Assembly (NCBI RefSeq): GCF_039654945.1 | Contig: NW_027361677.1 | Span: 18,290,001 to 18,354,000 of the forward strand | Reading direction: 5' to 3' | Source of the DNA: Dendrobates tinctorius | Lineage: Eukaryota | DNA length: 64,000 nucleotides | Shown: piece by piece, positions 23,681-36,485 of the stretch | Position numbering within the stretch: position 1 is the stretch's first letter | Layout of the letters: every line of letters starts with the position of its first letter | Notes under the pieces: generated by a model | The model's input: the letters and a program-made list of their open reading frames with translations, nothing else | What the model was told of the DNA's origin: nothing | Database searches by the model: none | Made by a program: the position numbers and the translations under genes

Positions 23681-23967
23681 CATAGAATGTTAGAGTTGGA
23701 AGGAACCTCCAGGGTCATTGTGTCCAACCTTCTGCTCAATGCAGGATTCACTAAACCATCTCAGACAGATGTCTGTCCAGCCTCTTTGTGAAGACATCCA
23801 TTGAAGGAGAACTCGCCACCTCTCGTGGCAGCCTGTTCCACTCATTGATCAGCCTCATTGTCAAATAGTTTTTTCTAATATCTAACCTGTATCTTCTCTC
23901 TTTCATTTTCAATCCCTTTGTTCTTGTGTTTCCATGTAGAAATGAGAATAATGATGATCCCTCTACA

Positions 23968-25908
23968 CAGTGGCGTAGCAACTGTTTGTGGCGCCCGGGG
24001 CGGTCGAAAAATTTGCCGCCCCTTTGGTCGTTGATAATATGGAAGCATCCGAAGAGCCCACACTACACTCAAAGATCTAATTTTTAGTCTGCTACTAACT
24101 CTGCTGTTATTATTTCTAGACTTTCATCTTCTTGCAGTTCTCTATATATGTATGTATTAGCTTGATGATGCTGGATGAAGACCTCATGGCTGTTTTAATA
24201 ATAATTTTTAATAATGTGACAGACCTTACATTTTGGATTATATAGAGCCCTAGTTTTTATTACATACCGTCCTGTCTTGTTAGCTGTATAATGCAATGAT
24301 GGCTGATGGAGCATGGGAAAGCTTCCTTTCTAATGAAGGAGCTGATGGACTGGTAGTTTGGTCACCGGCTCCTCGATCAGCAGTCATTTTATATCTAAAA
24401 AGAGAGGGGACTATGTAATAAAAGAGGGCACTGTAAATAACAAAATTAACAAGAATACGCTATGTAAGAGACAGCACTATACATAACAGCAGAGGAAGCT
24501 ATATAATAAGGGACGGCATCATATATAACTAGAGAGTATGGTACGTAATAAGGGATGGTGTTATATATAATAAAAGAGGAAACTGTAACTAAGGATGGTG
24601 TTATACAGAATTAGTGAGTACACTATATACTAAGGGACTGTGTTAGACATAGTGAGTACACTATATACTAAGGGACTGTGTTAGACATAATAAACGATAA
24701 TATCTTCCTCCACCTCCCCCTGTTCCCAAGGCCATTATAAGTCCCCCTTCCTCCCATCCCAATCCCCCACACCCCTCATTGTCCTCCTCCCCTCTCATCC
24801 CAATATTGTCTTCTCCCCCACCACTATCTTTGCTTTCTCCCCCACCACTCCCATCATTGCCCATTCGACCACCTCCATTATTTCCTCCTCCTCCACCACC
24901 CCCATTTATTGCCCTTTCCACCACCACCACCGTCATTGCATCCTCCCCCACCACCCCACAATCATTTTTTTCCCCCACCACCCCCATCATTGCCTTCTCC
25001 CCATCATTGCCTTCTCCCCATCATTGCCTTCTCCTTCACCCTATCACTGCCTTCTCCCCATCACTCCCATCATTGCCTGCTCCATCACCCCATCATTGTC
25101 TTCTCCCTATCACTCCCATCATTGCCTTCTCCATCACCCCATCATTGTCTTCTCCTCATCACTCCCATCATTGCCTTCTCCATCACCCCATTACTGCCTT
25201 CTCCCATGACTCCCATCATTGCCTGCTCCATCACCCCATCATTGTCTTCTCCCCATCACTCCCATCATTGCCTGCTCCATCACCCCATCATTGTCTTCTC
25301 CCCATCACTCCCATCATTGCCTTCTCCATCACCCCATCACTCCCATCATTGCCTGCTCCATCACCCCCATCATTGCCTGCTCCATCACTCCCATCATTGC
25401 CTTCTCCTTCACTGCCTTCTCCCCATCACTCCCATCATTGCCTGCTCCATCACCCCATCATTGTCTTCTCCCCATCACTCCCATCATTGCCTTCTCCATC
25501 ACCCCATCACTGCCTTCTCCCCATGACTCCCATCATTGCCTGCTCCATCACCCCATCACTCCCATCATTGCCTGCTCCATCACCCCATCACTCCCATCAT
25601 TGTCTGCTCCATCACTACCATCATTGCCTGCTCCATCACTCCCATCATTGCCTTCTCCTTCACCCATCACTGCCTTCTCCCCATCACTCCCATCATTGCT
25701 TGCTCCATCACCCCATCATTGTCTTCTCCCCATCATTGCCTTCTCTGCATCACCCCCATCATGGCCTTCTCCCATTACCCCCTCATGGCCTTCTCCCATC
25801 ACCCCAGGCCCAGGCATTATGGCCTTCTCTCCCCATCACAGTCTTCTCATGTCCCATCTCCTCCAGGGCCAGGCTAACCTACACACACAAAGACACACAC
25901 ACACACAG

Positions 25909-25947
<39 letters not shown>

Positions 25948-26347
25948 TACACACAGACATACATACACACACACAGACAAACATACGCACACAGACATAC
26001 ATACACACAGACACCACCTCTCTCCTCTCACCTGTCCGCAACATCGCCCGCGCTTCTTCGCTCACACAGCAGCGGCCGCTGAATGATGACGTCATTCAGC
26101 GGCGCTTCTCTGTGTCAAACAGGAAGCGCGGGTGGCGGGCAGGAAGCAGGACGGGTCCTTGCAGCTCCGCTCCTGCTATTCCCGTTTGCAGGCAGCGGAG
26201 CTGCTGATTGCTCCCTGCCCGCCGCTGCACTGCACTGTGCCTCACTGCCTCTGCGCTTCTCCCACAGAGAGAAATTGCTGCTGCTGCCGCGCCGCCCCCA
26301 CACATGTGCCGCCTGGGGCGGAACCCCCCCCCCACGCTACGCCACTG
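23968..26347. mobile_element. Non-autonomous hAT element (2.38 kb) nested in CR1
   Basis: TIRs CAGTGGCGTAGC / GCTACGCCACTG; exact 8-bp TSD CCTCTACA (23960-23967, 26348-26355). Confidence 0.9.
24700..26015. repeat. (CCATCA/TTGCC)-rich complex repeat followed by a (CA)n-like tract inside the hAT element
   Basis: Low-complexity C/T/A-rich tandem units; source of the spurious Pro/His-rich ORFs. Confidence 0.9.
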
Positions 26348-27340
26348 CCTCTACACAGTGACAGCCCTTCAGATATTCGTAGACAGTTATTATGTCTCCT
26401 CTTAGTCTTCTTTTTGCAATCTGAATATTCCCAGATCCTCTAACCGTTCCTCGCAGGACATACTTTGCAGTTTGCTCACCATTCCGGTAGCTATTCTCTG
26501 AACTTGCTCCAGTTTCTTGATGTCTTTTTTTTTTTTTTTTTTAAATGTGTTGCCCAGAACTGGGCCCAGTATTCCAGATGAGGTCTGACCAAGGAGGAGT
26601 AGAGGGGGATAATTACTTCACATGATCTAGACTGTATGCTTCTTTTAATACATACTAGAACTGTGTTTGCCTTGTTTGCTGCTGCATCACACTGTTGACT
26701 CATGTGCCGTCTCTGCTCTATTAGTATACACAAGTCTTTTACACACGTGCTGTTACTTAGTTCTATTCCTCCATTCTGTAGATGTAACGTTCGTCTTTCT
26801 TGCCCAGATATAGAATCTTACAATGGTATTTACAGGGAGAAATGCATTAGTCACTGCCCATTGTGCAAGCTTATTTAGATCCTTCTGACTGCTTTCTCTG
26901 TCTTCTCTAGTGTTACCTGTCCCTCCTAGTTTTGCATCCTCTGCACATTTCATTAGTTTACCTTCAGTTCCCATATCTAGATCATTTATGAAAATTGTGA
27001 ACAACACCGAGGCCAGGACAGAGCCTTTTGGTACCCCACTCGAAACGCTCTTCCATTTGGATGTGCAACCATTTATTACCACTCTTTGAGTACGATCACT
27101 GAGCCACTTATGAATCCAAATAACCATAGACTTGTCAATCCCATACTTGGTCATTTTTTCAATAAGGATAGAATGAGATACTTTATCAAATGCTTTGCTG
27201 AAGTCGAGATGTAGTATATCTACCACATTTCTGTGATCCAGCTAGTCGGTGATTCCATGATAGAAGGAAATTAGATTAGTCTGGCATGACTTGTTTGCTA
27301 CAAATCCATGCTGGCTCTGGTTAATTACTATATTATTATT

Positions 27341-28282
27341 TACTGATCTTGAATAACATCCTATGTTAGCAGAATAGTGAGTGCAGCTCTGGAGTATAAT
27401 GCAGCATGTAATTTAGGATTAGTAATGTAATGTATGTACACAGTGACTGCACCAGCAGAATAGTGAGTGCAGCTCTGGGGTATAATACAGGATGTAACTC
27501 AGGATCAGTAATTTATGTACACAGTGACTACACCAGCAGAATAGTGAGTGCAGCTCTGGCGTATAATACAGGATGTGACTCAGGATCAGTAATGTATGTA
27601 CACAGTGACTGCAAGGCAGAATAGTGAGTGCAGCTCTGGAGTATAATACAGGATGTAACTCCGGATCAGTCATGCAATATATATACACAGTGACTGCACC
27701 AGCAGAATAGTGAGTGCAGATCTGGAGTATAATACAGGATGTAACTCAGGATCAGTAATGCAATATATATATACAGTGACTGCACCAGCAGAATAGTGAG
27801 TGCAGCTCTGGAGTATAATATAGGATGTGACTCAGGATCAGCACAGGATCAGTAATGTATGTAAACAGTGACTGCACCAGCAGAATAGTGAGTGCAGATC
27901 TGGAATATAATACAGGATGTAACTCAGGATCAGTAATGTACTGTATGTACACAGTGACTGTACCAGCAGAATAGTGAGTGCAGCTCTGGGGTATAATACA
28001 GGATGTAACTCAGGATCAGTAATGTGATGTATGTACATCGTAACTGCACCAGCAGAATAGTGAGTGCAGCTCTGGGGTATAATACAGGATGTAACTCAGG
28101 ATCAGTAATGTAATGTATGTACACAGTGACTGCACCAGCAGAATAGTGAGTGCAGCTCTGGGGTATAATACAGGATGCAACTCAGGATCAGTAATGCAAT
28201 ATATATATACAGTGACTGCACCAGCAGAATAGTGAGTGCAGCTCTGGAGTATAATACAGGATGCAACTCAGGATCAGTTATG

Positions 28283-28338
<56 letters not shown>

Positions 28339-28402
28339 TGACTGCACCAGCAGAATAGTGAGTGCAGCTCTGGAGTATAATACAGGATGTAACTCTGGAT
28401 CA
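27341..28402 (-). repeat. Right (inverted) arm of the 81/86-bp satellite fold-back, ~12 units
   Basis: Reverse complement of the 13571-14727 unit; orientation flips near 27365; (TA)n expansion at ~28285-28334. Confidence 0.93.
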
Positions 28403-28981
28403 GGTCTTGAAGCAGTTTTTTTTTTTTTTTTTTAATGCTGCTGGTTATGGGCGTTATCTTCTGCAGAGCCTCACTGTCCACAGGTATCTCTTATGGCATT
28501 TGGCATGTCCGGCCTTGGCGAGTGAGAGTAGGAAAGTCTCGAGGCTGGGGTAATGCCAGGGAAAAATCCAAAGAGACACACAGCTTATGCCAAGGAACTG
28601 GGGGAGTGCCACTTAGAGGGGGTATACATAGTAACATGGAGGCTTTTTTTAGCACTTTATGCGACATACCACCTCAGAGAAATCCCCTTCCCTGAGCTGG
28701 CGCTGGGATATTTATAGTGGGCTGTATTTCTGTGACAACACCTTACATGTCACAGCTCTATGAGGTGGGCATACGCCATGACACGAGCATCAAAGGACAG
28801 TGACCGTAGCGCACCTGCTCCATTTACATCTATGGGAGCAATAGATTTGCAAGTCCCATATAACCAAAGAGGAGAATGGAGTAGTGGCTGCGCATGTGCT
28901 CTACCCATATATTCACACCTGGGACTTTTGGATTAGTGGGGTCCCAATGGTAAAGCAACCCTCAAACCCACCTACTAAATA

Positions 28982-30615
28982 CAGTTAGGTCCATATACAT
29001 TTGGACAGAGACAACATTTTTCTAATTTTGGTTCTAGACATTACCACAATGAATTTTAAACAAAACAATTCAGATGCAGTTGATGTTCAGACTTTCAGCT
29101 TTCATTTGAGGGCATCCACATTAAAATTGGATGAAGGGTTTAGGAGTTTCAGCTCCTTAACATGTGCCACCCTGTTTTTAAAGGGACCAAAAGTAATTGG
29201 ACAGATTAAATAATTGTAAATAAAATGTTCATTTCTAGTACTTGGTTGAAAACCCTTTGTTGGCAATGACTGCCTGAAGTCTTGAACTCATGGACATCAC
29301 CAGATGCTGTGTTACCTGCTTTTTGTTGCTCTTCCAGGCCTTCACTGCGGTGGTTTTCAGTTGCTGTTTGTTTGTGGGCCTTTCTGTCTGAAGTTTAGTC
29401 TTTAACAAGTGAAATGCATGCTCAATTGGGTGGAGATCAGGAGACTGACTTGGCCATTCAAGAATATTCCACTTCTTTGCTTTAATAAACTCCTGGGTTG
29501 CTTTGGCTTTATGTTTTGGGTCATTGGTCGTCGCTTCATACTACAGATGGACTATCAGTTTGGCTGCATTTGGCTAGATCTGAGCACACAGTATGGCTCT
29601 GAATACCCTCAGAATTCATTCGGCTGCTTCTGTCCCGTGTCCCATCATCAATAAACACTAGTGACCCAGTGCCACTGGTAGCCATGCATGCATGCCCAAG
29701 CCATCACACTGCCTCCGCCGTGATTAAAGATGATGTGGAATGCTTTGGATCATGAGCTGTACCACGCCTTCGCCATACTTTTCTCTTTCCATCATTCTGG
29801 TAGAGGTTGATCTTGGTTTCATCTGTCCAAAGAATGTTCTTCCAGAACTGTGCTGGCTTTTTTAGATGTTTTTTAGCAAAGTCCAGTCTAGCCTTTTGAT
29901 GCTTATGAGTGGCTTGCACCCTGCAGTGAACCCTCTGTATTTACTTTCATGCAGTCTTCTCTTTATGGTAGATTTGGATATTAATACGCCTACCTCCTGG
30001 AGAGTGTTGTTCTCTTGGTTGGCTGTTGTGAAGGGGTTTCTCTTCATGGAGATTATTCTGCGATCATCCACCACTGTTGTCTTCCGTGGGTGCCCAGGTC
30101 TTTTTGCATTGATGAGTTCACCAGTGCTTGCTTTCTCAGGATGTACCAAACTGTAGATTTTGCTGCTCCAAATGTAGCAATTTCTCGGATGGGTTTTTTC
30201 TGTTTTTGCAGCTTAAGGATGGCTTGTTTCACCTGCATGGAGAGATCCTTTGACCGCTGTTTCCTTCACAGCAAAACCTTCTAAATGCAAGCACCACACC
30301 TCAAATCAACTCCAGACCTCTTATCTGCTTAATTGAGAATGACATAATGAAGGGATTGCCCACACCTGTCCATGAAATGGCCTTGGAGTCAATTGTCCAA
30401 TTACTTTAGGTCCCTTTAAAAACAGGGTGGCACATGTTAAGGAGCTAAAACTCCTAAACCTTTCATCCAATTTTAATCTGAATACCCTCAAATGAAAGCT
30501 GAAAGTCTGAACTTCAACTGCATCTGAAGTGTTTTGTTTAAAATTCATTGTGGTAATGTCTAGAACCAAAATTAGAAAAATGTTGTCTCTGTCCAAATAT
30601 ATATGGACCTAACTG
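28982..30615 (-). mobile_element. Tc1-family DNA transposon, full length (~1.63 kb), decayed transposase
   Basis: TA flanks; long TIRs CAGTTAGGTCCATATA...; minus-strand fragments RPGHPRKTTVVDDRRI and FWKNILWTDETKINLY. Confidence 0.95.
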
Positions 30616-32276
30616 TATCTGTATAGTAGTAAGCGTTTTGCCATTCTGATACAATTCCCTTGCAGAGACATGGAGCGAAGTGTCAAAATTCTATCTACCG
30701 GCAGCCACCACTAGGGGGAGTTTACTGTAAACATTTATACATTGAAGAGTAGGCTCCAAAGCTCCCCCAAGTGGTGGCTGCAGAAATAGCATTTATTATT
30801 AACTGTCCCATTTAAGGGCCATTCATTGGTCACACTAAACATTAGAGGTCTGAGCTGGGTCTGCCCAGTCACATGGAGGTGGTAGCGGGAACCTGGCACC
30901 ACTTAACGAGGCGGTGGATTAATTTAATTGTAGAGTGGGTTATTTCTGTCTGAAGAGGGTGTATTAGCACAAGAAGGGAATGTCTTTTTCCAACAAGTAT
31001 TAGTATAAATCTGCCCTCATATTAGATCAATGCTAATCAGCAAAATACTCCAGCAGGAGACTTGGCCATTCAGTCTTGAAATAGACATGCTCCTTAAAGG
31101 GAAGCGATTACCAGAAGATTTAAAATCAGGGTTTCGTGTAACGTTTTTTTTTTAATTGGCAATGCTTTTTTTTCATACTACAATCTGTATTAATAAAAAT
31201 AAATTTGCAATTTTTTAATTTTCACGCTAGCCACGGAAGTATTTTTTAGACTATTTTCATCAGTCTCATTATCATCAGAGGCAGAATTGCAATATCAGGT
31301 AATACTATACACTGATAACACAGGATTCTCCAATCACAGTATGAGATGTCAAAGCTCACTTCCTTCTCCTTCCTTCAGAATTACTTCTGCACACGCTCAT
31401 TAGATGCTTAAATGCAAAAGGGGAGGAGTCTGATCATTGCTGTTAATGTACATGTGGTGTTCCTGAAACTACAGGAATTATGAGACTAAAACAAAGCCTC
31501 AGTGGTCAGTGTGAGAATTGCAAGTTTTTTTTTATTTTAAATAAAGATTGAAATGAAAAAAAAAAATCAATTCCAGTCATGGAAATAAATATTTCTTCTT
31601 CTCATCTATTACTAAGCAACAGCAAAAAATGTGAAAGGTCTGCAGGAAGGTAGAGGAGAAGTGTGATATGTGGTGTACAGGACACATGGAAAATCTCATT
31701 GACCCCGCAGTCTCGCACAGCCCTCCACCTGCCAACAAGCAGCGGACATTGCACCAACTTTTTTTTTTTCCAGGAGGGAAAACAACTTATCTTAATTTAG
31801 ACCTGCAAAAATACTTTCCCTCCCGAGACAGGTGCAGCGACACATTTAGATGTTGACACTAGAAATAGAAGCTGGGTAACAATGATGGGTCACATAGTAT
31901 GAAAATGAAGTTGGATCCGGGGCAGGACGGGGGTGGAGAAGGGTCTTCCATACTGCCTGGTTCATACTCCGCATTCTGTCACTACACAAGTGTCTCGGGG
32001 GGGTATGCCTGGGATAGACCTAGGGCTAACCCGAATATGTCGGCAAGTCAGGCATCCCTTGATTTAAAGAGGGCTCGTCCACTCTTCGTGAAGTGTAAAA
32101 CTTTGCATGGTGCTGTTCCTCTATTGCACCTCCTGGAAATGTGAGAACAAATTCCCCAAAACTACCTATTGGCATCGCCATAAAAAAAGGGGCAGCCAAT
32201 CTCCATCGCGGAGCGACATCCCAGCTTCACAGAAAGTATTATATTATGCAGGACACCAAGAAACGGAGTTGTAAGC

Positions 32277-32282
32277 TTTATT
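32277..32282 (-). terminator. Candidate SNAI3 polyadenylation signal
   Basis: AATAAA on the minus strand ~390 nt after the stop codon. Confidence 0.45.
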
Positions 32283-32670
32283 ACAAATGTATCCTAGGTA
32301 GATAATGGCGCAGGATGCATCATGACCCATATAGCTGCCACATTGCCTGGAATCACCCACAAAACATCGCCACCTACTGGACGCATTATTTTGTACTTTG
32401 ATGGAATATTTGCAGAATATTTTTGTGAATTATTTCTGTTCCAGATGGGAATAATTGTATATAATTATAAAGCAATACAACACGGGCATAGATGCTTTAT
32501 AGGAGGAGAGAACGGTGCCAACCAGTGGCTACGTGTCCCTGTAATACAGTCCAAGATTGCGGGCAGGGGGGGATCTCCTCGCTCCTCGTTTTTTACACCT
32601 GCGACTTGTCTTGTAATGATGGAGGTGGGTGAGTCAGCTTCTTCCACGGCAGTAGGATGGATGGCGAGAG

Positions 32671-32852
32671 TCAGGATACCGGGCAGCAGCAGCCATCCCG
32701 GTGTTTGGTGAGAAGGGAGATACGGGAGAAGGTTTTCCCGCAACCTGGGCACCTGTATCGCTTCACTTCTGAATGGGTCTGCAGGTGGGCCCGCAGGTTG
32801 GAGCGATCGGCAAAACCACGGCCACAGTGATAGCACGAAAACGGTTTCTCAC
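32671..32852 (-). CDS. SNAI3: Snail family zinc finger 3, exon 3
   Basis: (G)[59 protein letters not shown]. Confidence 0.93.
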
Positions 32853-33277
32853 CTGCGTAAAGTAGAAGATGCAGAACATAAAACACATGAAAGTAAAGGA
32901 AATAATGTGTGTGTATGTATATATATGTGTGTGTATATATAATAATATAATATAATTTTTTTTTTCTTTCCTCATTTCCACTGGGGGCGTGATAAGAAAA
33001 ACATTTATTGCCCTCTTATGGAGAGTAGCAGGAGGGGTAAAAAGTTGCAAATTTGTGCATAGAAATGTCGTGCATAAAGTTTTTTTTTTTTTTTTTAACC
33101 TTCTTATGCCATAAAGACCATAATTCTCCCCATAATTTGCAAAAAAAAATACACAGTTAAAGGGCAATTCCAAGAGGGACAGGCCCACTGAATAGATAAT
33201 AACTACTAAATCCAGGGGAGACTTAACAGCTGAGACCCCCACATCATTCGGAGCAGTGGTTGCACATGTACGCCGAG

Positions 33278-34320
33278 AGGAAAATCAAGAGTTAAAAGGT
33301 TATAGCGCAAGGATCTCCAAGAGATGTTATCATGGAAGGAACAAAAGGGCGTTTGTAGTTTTGTGCTTATCAAACACTTGTTTCTGGGATAGAGACCATA
33401 CAAAAGATACTTGAAGAGACTGCTGTCTTGAACTGTCTCCCCTGAATACACCGGCTTATCTAACCCACAGGTGCTGATAACACAAGTCCTGTATATGGTC
33501 TCATTCTATCTCTAGCCCAGAAACAAGTATTTGATAAGTACAAAACTACAAACATTCTTTTGTCCTTTCCATGAGAACATCTCAAGGAGATCTCTTGATT
33601 TTTTTAACATTGCCCTTCTGTTTATACAAAATGTATCCCAAAAAAGTCCGTAACATTCACGCAGATAGGGGATTTAATCAGTTTATGATGGGTCTCTCAT
33701 ATATGTGCCCCCCCCCCCCCGCTTGTGACAGCCTACCCAGGAAAACTACACCTGCTTCATCAGAGAAACGGACGGGAGAAATGTAAAAACTTTTGGCAAG
33801 GACTTCTGTGGCTATGCCGTAAACCTCACAGAAATGGGAGCCCCGGACGGCAGTATAACCAAACCCTGGAGGGCATGACGTCAGGGATAAATGATCCATT
33901 TACAAACCTGAAGGAAGGATTGTTCGGCAGATGGAGCGGACTCATTCACTACTGATATCTCTATGAGCTATGATAGCCATATTGGTGATACATTGCATAA
34001 GAGGACTTCTCCAGAGACTGACTGACCCCACTATATCCAAAACCATGTATCAGAATGAGTAACCATTTGACCTATCAATAACCGGTGAAGAGAAGAGGAC
34101 TGCTTTAATGTAATGGACTTTTTGGGATACAGTTTGTGTAAACAGGAGGGAAATGTTAGGAAAATCAAAAGTTAAAGGTTATAGCAAAATGCATTTCCAT
34201 AAGATGTTCTCATGGAAGGGACAAAAGGATGTTTGTAGTTTTGTACATATCAAACCTGTTTCTGGGGTAGAGAGGGATAGACTGCGGCCGTGGATTTATA
34301 CAGGACTTGTGTTATCACCT
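33278..34320. repeat. Inverted/direct repeat arms (MITE-derived) in SNAI3 intron 2
   Basis: 33278-33395 and 34117-34320 are both complementary to 33508-33650. Confidence 0.65.
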
Positions 34321-34456
34321 GTGTATCTTTTTGTATGATAATTAACATTCTAAGTAGTTAATTACACAAATAGATATTAACCAGTAGGCAAGTATATCTG
34401 ATTGACTATTGTATTGTAAGAGTACATAAAAAGTTTGGTGTTGTACAATAAGTTAA

Positions 34457-34851
34457 AGGGAATCTGTCACCCCTTTTTTGAGACATCATATAATGATATT
34501 ATTCAATTGTGTGTCACATAAGGATTCTCTTAGTACTTTTGCTTCCCCCTGACCCCGCACCTTTCATGCATAAATACCTTTTTTATATTGGTTCAGATGT
34601 ATGTAAACTGCCACGGTCCAGTCCGATGGGCGGGGCTTATTCACCTGCTCTCCCCCCCCCCCCCCCCCCGTCTTGCTCTATGCATTTCCCATCGGACCGG
34701 ACCGTGGCAGTTTACATACATCTGAACAAGGTATTCATGCATGAAAGGTGTGGGGTCAGGGGGAAGCAAAAGTACTAAGAGAATCCTTATGTGACCCACA
34801 ATTGAATGATATCATTATATGATATCTTAAAAAAGGGGTGACAGATTCCCT
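34457..34851. mobile_element. Kolobok/T2-type palindromic MITE
   Basis: TTAA flanks; AGGGAATCTGTCACCCC / GGGGTGACAGATTCCCT termini; ~170-bp inverted arms. Confidence 0.85.
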
Positions 34852-35415
34852 TTAACTTATGACCAATGCCTCGTCCACTTGCTGCAAGATAAGAATAAAG
34901 AACTACCTTGATTTAGATGACGCCTTGCCTTGGGAGATAGAACAGTGTAAGTTAGAAAAACTATGTGGCATATCCCATAAGAATACAAGTATGAAAGTGT
35001 TCCTTCTTGAAATTTTTTCCTAGGACACCATTGTGCTTTCATGCAGCCACCACTAGAGGGAGCTCACAGCCCATTGAATGCAAGGTATTATCAGTAAGTA
35101 CACAGTAAGTTCCAGAGCTCCCTCTAGTGGTGACAGCAGACAGAATATTACCTTTATGTATATCTATGTGTATCTACATTTCATGGTCACATAAGAACCT
35201 GCGAGCCCCAACAGGGGTTTTTCCAAAATTGCAAATTTTTCCCATCCATTATATAACGGTTAACTTATTGACAGCTGAGAGTACGATCACTGGGACCCCC
35301 AGCTGTCTCGAGAACGGGTCTGTCTTGATTAGCACAGAGATATGTCTGCTCAACCTATGGATATAGTGATTTGGGGAAAAACCCTTCTAAGATAGCAGTC
35401 GGCCTTCCTTCTTAC

Positions 35416-35964
35416 CTGTATGTGTCCTAATATGTCCTTGTAGAAGCCAGGGTCTGGAGAAGGCTTTTCCACATATCCGGCATGCACAGGGCAGCGTATG
35501 AGTACGGATGTGCATCTTTAAGGCTCCCAGGCTACTGTAAGATTTGGGACAATGGGGGCAACTAAAGTACCGACAGTTCCTTATTTTGTTTCCAGGGAAT
35601 AATCCTTCTGGTTTGGGAAAGTCTAAGCGCCCCACAGAATCTGGAACATACGGCGATTCTTCCTGAGAGTTGGAGTTGCATGCGGCTTTATTCCCGGGTG
35701 CTGCGCATCCTCCGTCCGATGTTCTGCCCCGGAGAGGCATGTTCAGGTTGTTCATATTGTCTTTGAGAGGTAATCCATTGGGCAAAATTAGCAAAGCCTC
35801 GCTCCTTCTAATTTCCAGCGGGTTAAGCAATGTTTTATTAAAGTGATCCCCTTGTCCTCTTTCCACTTGGATCTGCGATGTAGCATCTCTTGTTTGCCGC
35901 TGATCTGCGATCTCTTGTGTCGGGGGAAAGGTGTCCGGGTTCTGATATAGTGTCGGCATCGGTC
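35416..35964 (-). CDS. SNAI3: SNAI3 exon 2
   Basis: Acceptor tgtgcttttggtgcag in phase 1 (an in-frame TAA at 36026-36028 excludes a much longer exon); ends [50 protein letters not shown](G). The 5' boundary is less certain than the 3'. Confidence 0.88.
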
Positions 35965-36485
35965 CTGCACCAAAAGCACACAAACATGGTAACACCACGG
36001 ATAAGGCTTGGGCTACACGGCAACTTTAGCCACAAGTGGTCATCAAGGGGCGGCATCAAGCAAGTTGTAAAAGCTGGATTATTTGTGACTTGCTTGTTAT
36101 GATACCTTGCGGGTTGCAGTGCGACCACATATATGTGCCTGTAGCCACGTGACCGTGTAGTCACAGCATTGTATGAGCCGTTAGCATTTTAATATTACAA
36201 GGATATGGCCATGGGGTCTGTTTGGCTAATTTTTGAGAATCAGTGAGGACTCTCCATTAGGAGACATCTGCAGTACACCATTCTCTCCACTTGGTGTCCC
36301 TTCTGAGCAGACCCAGCTCCACTAAAACTTCCTAGAAATGACAGATGATTGGGTCAATTATTAAAGGAGTTTTCCAGTTTCAGAAAATCCTGTCCTCCTC
36401 CCATCACCGCGGCTGCAGTTTGTAAAAAAAAAAAAAAAAACACACCAAAAAAACCTGTGTGCTTCACCCACCGCCCCACTCCTGA

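Larger units (their letters stand above)
23681..27340 (-). mobile_element. 5'-truncated CR1 LINE (RT fragment + 3' UTR) interrupted by a hAT element
   Basis: LDFSKAFDKVSH, VSSGVPKGSVL, LYSSLVRPHLEY, RLDIRKNYLTMRLINEWNRLP; CR1-type 3' end ...CCTTCCAACTCTAACATTCTATG; possible ACTGATC TSD. Confidence 0.9.

Noticed and set aside
24779-26086. 435-aa Pro/His/Ser-rich ORF
   Set aside because: Low-complexity repeat within a non-autonomous hAT element.
36105-36331. Possible extra SNAI3 exon with an acceptor at 36332
   Set aside because: Stops in all three frames.
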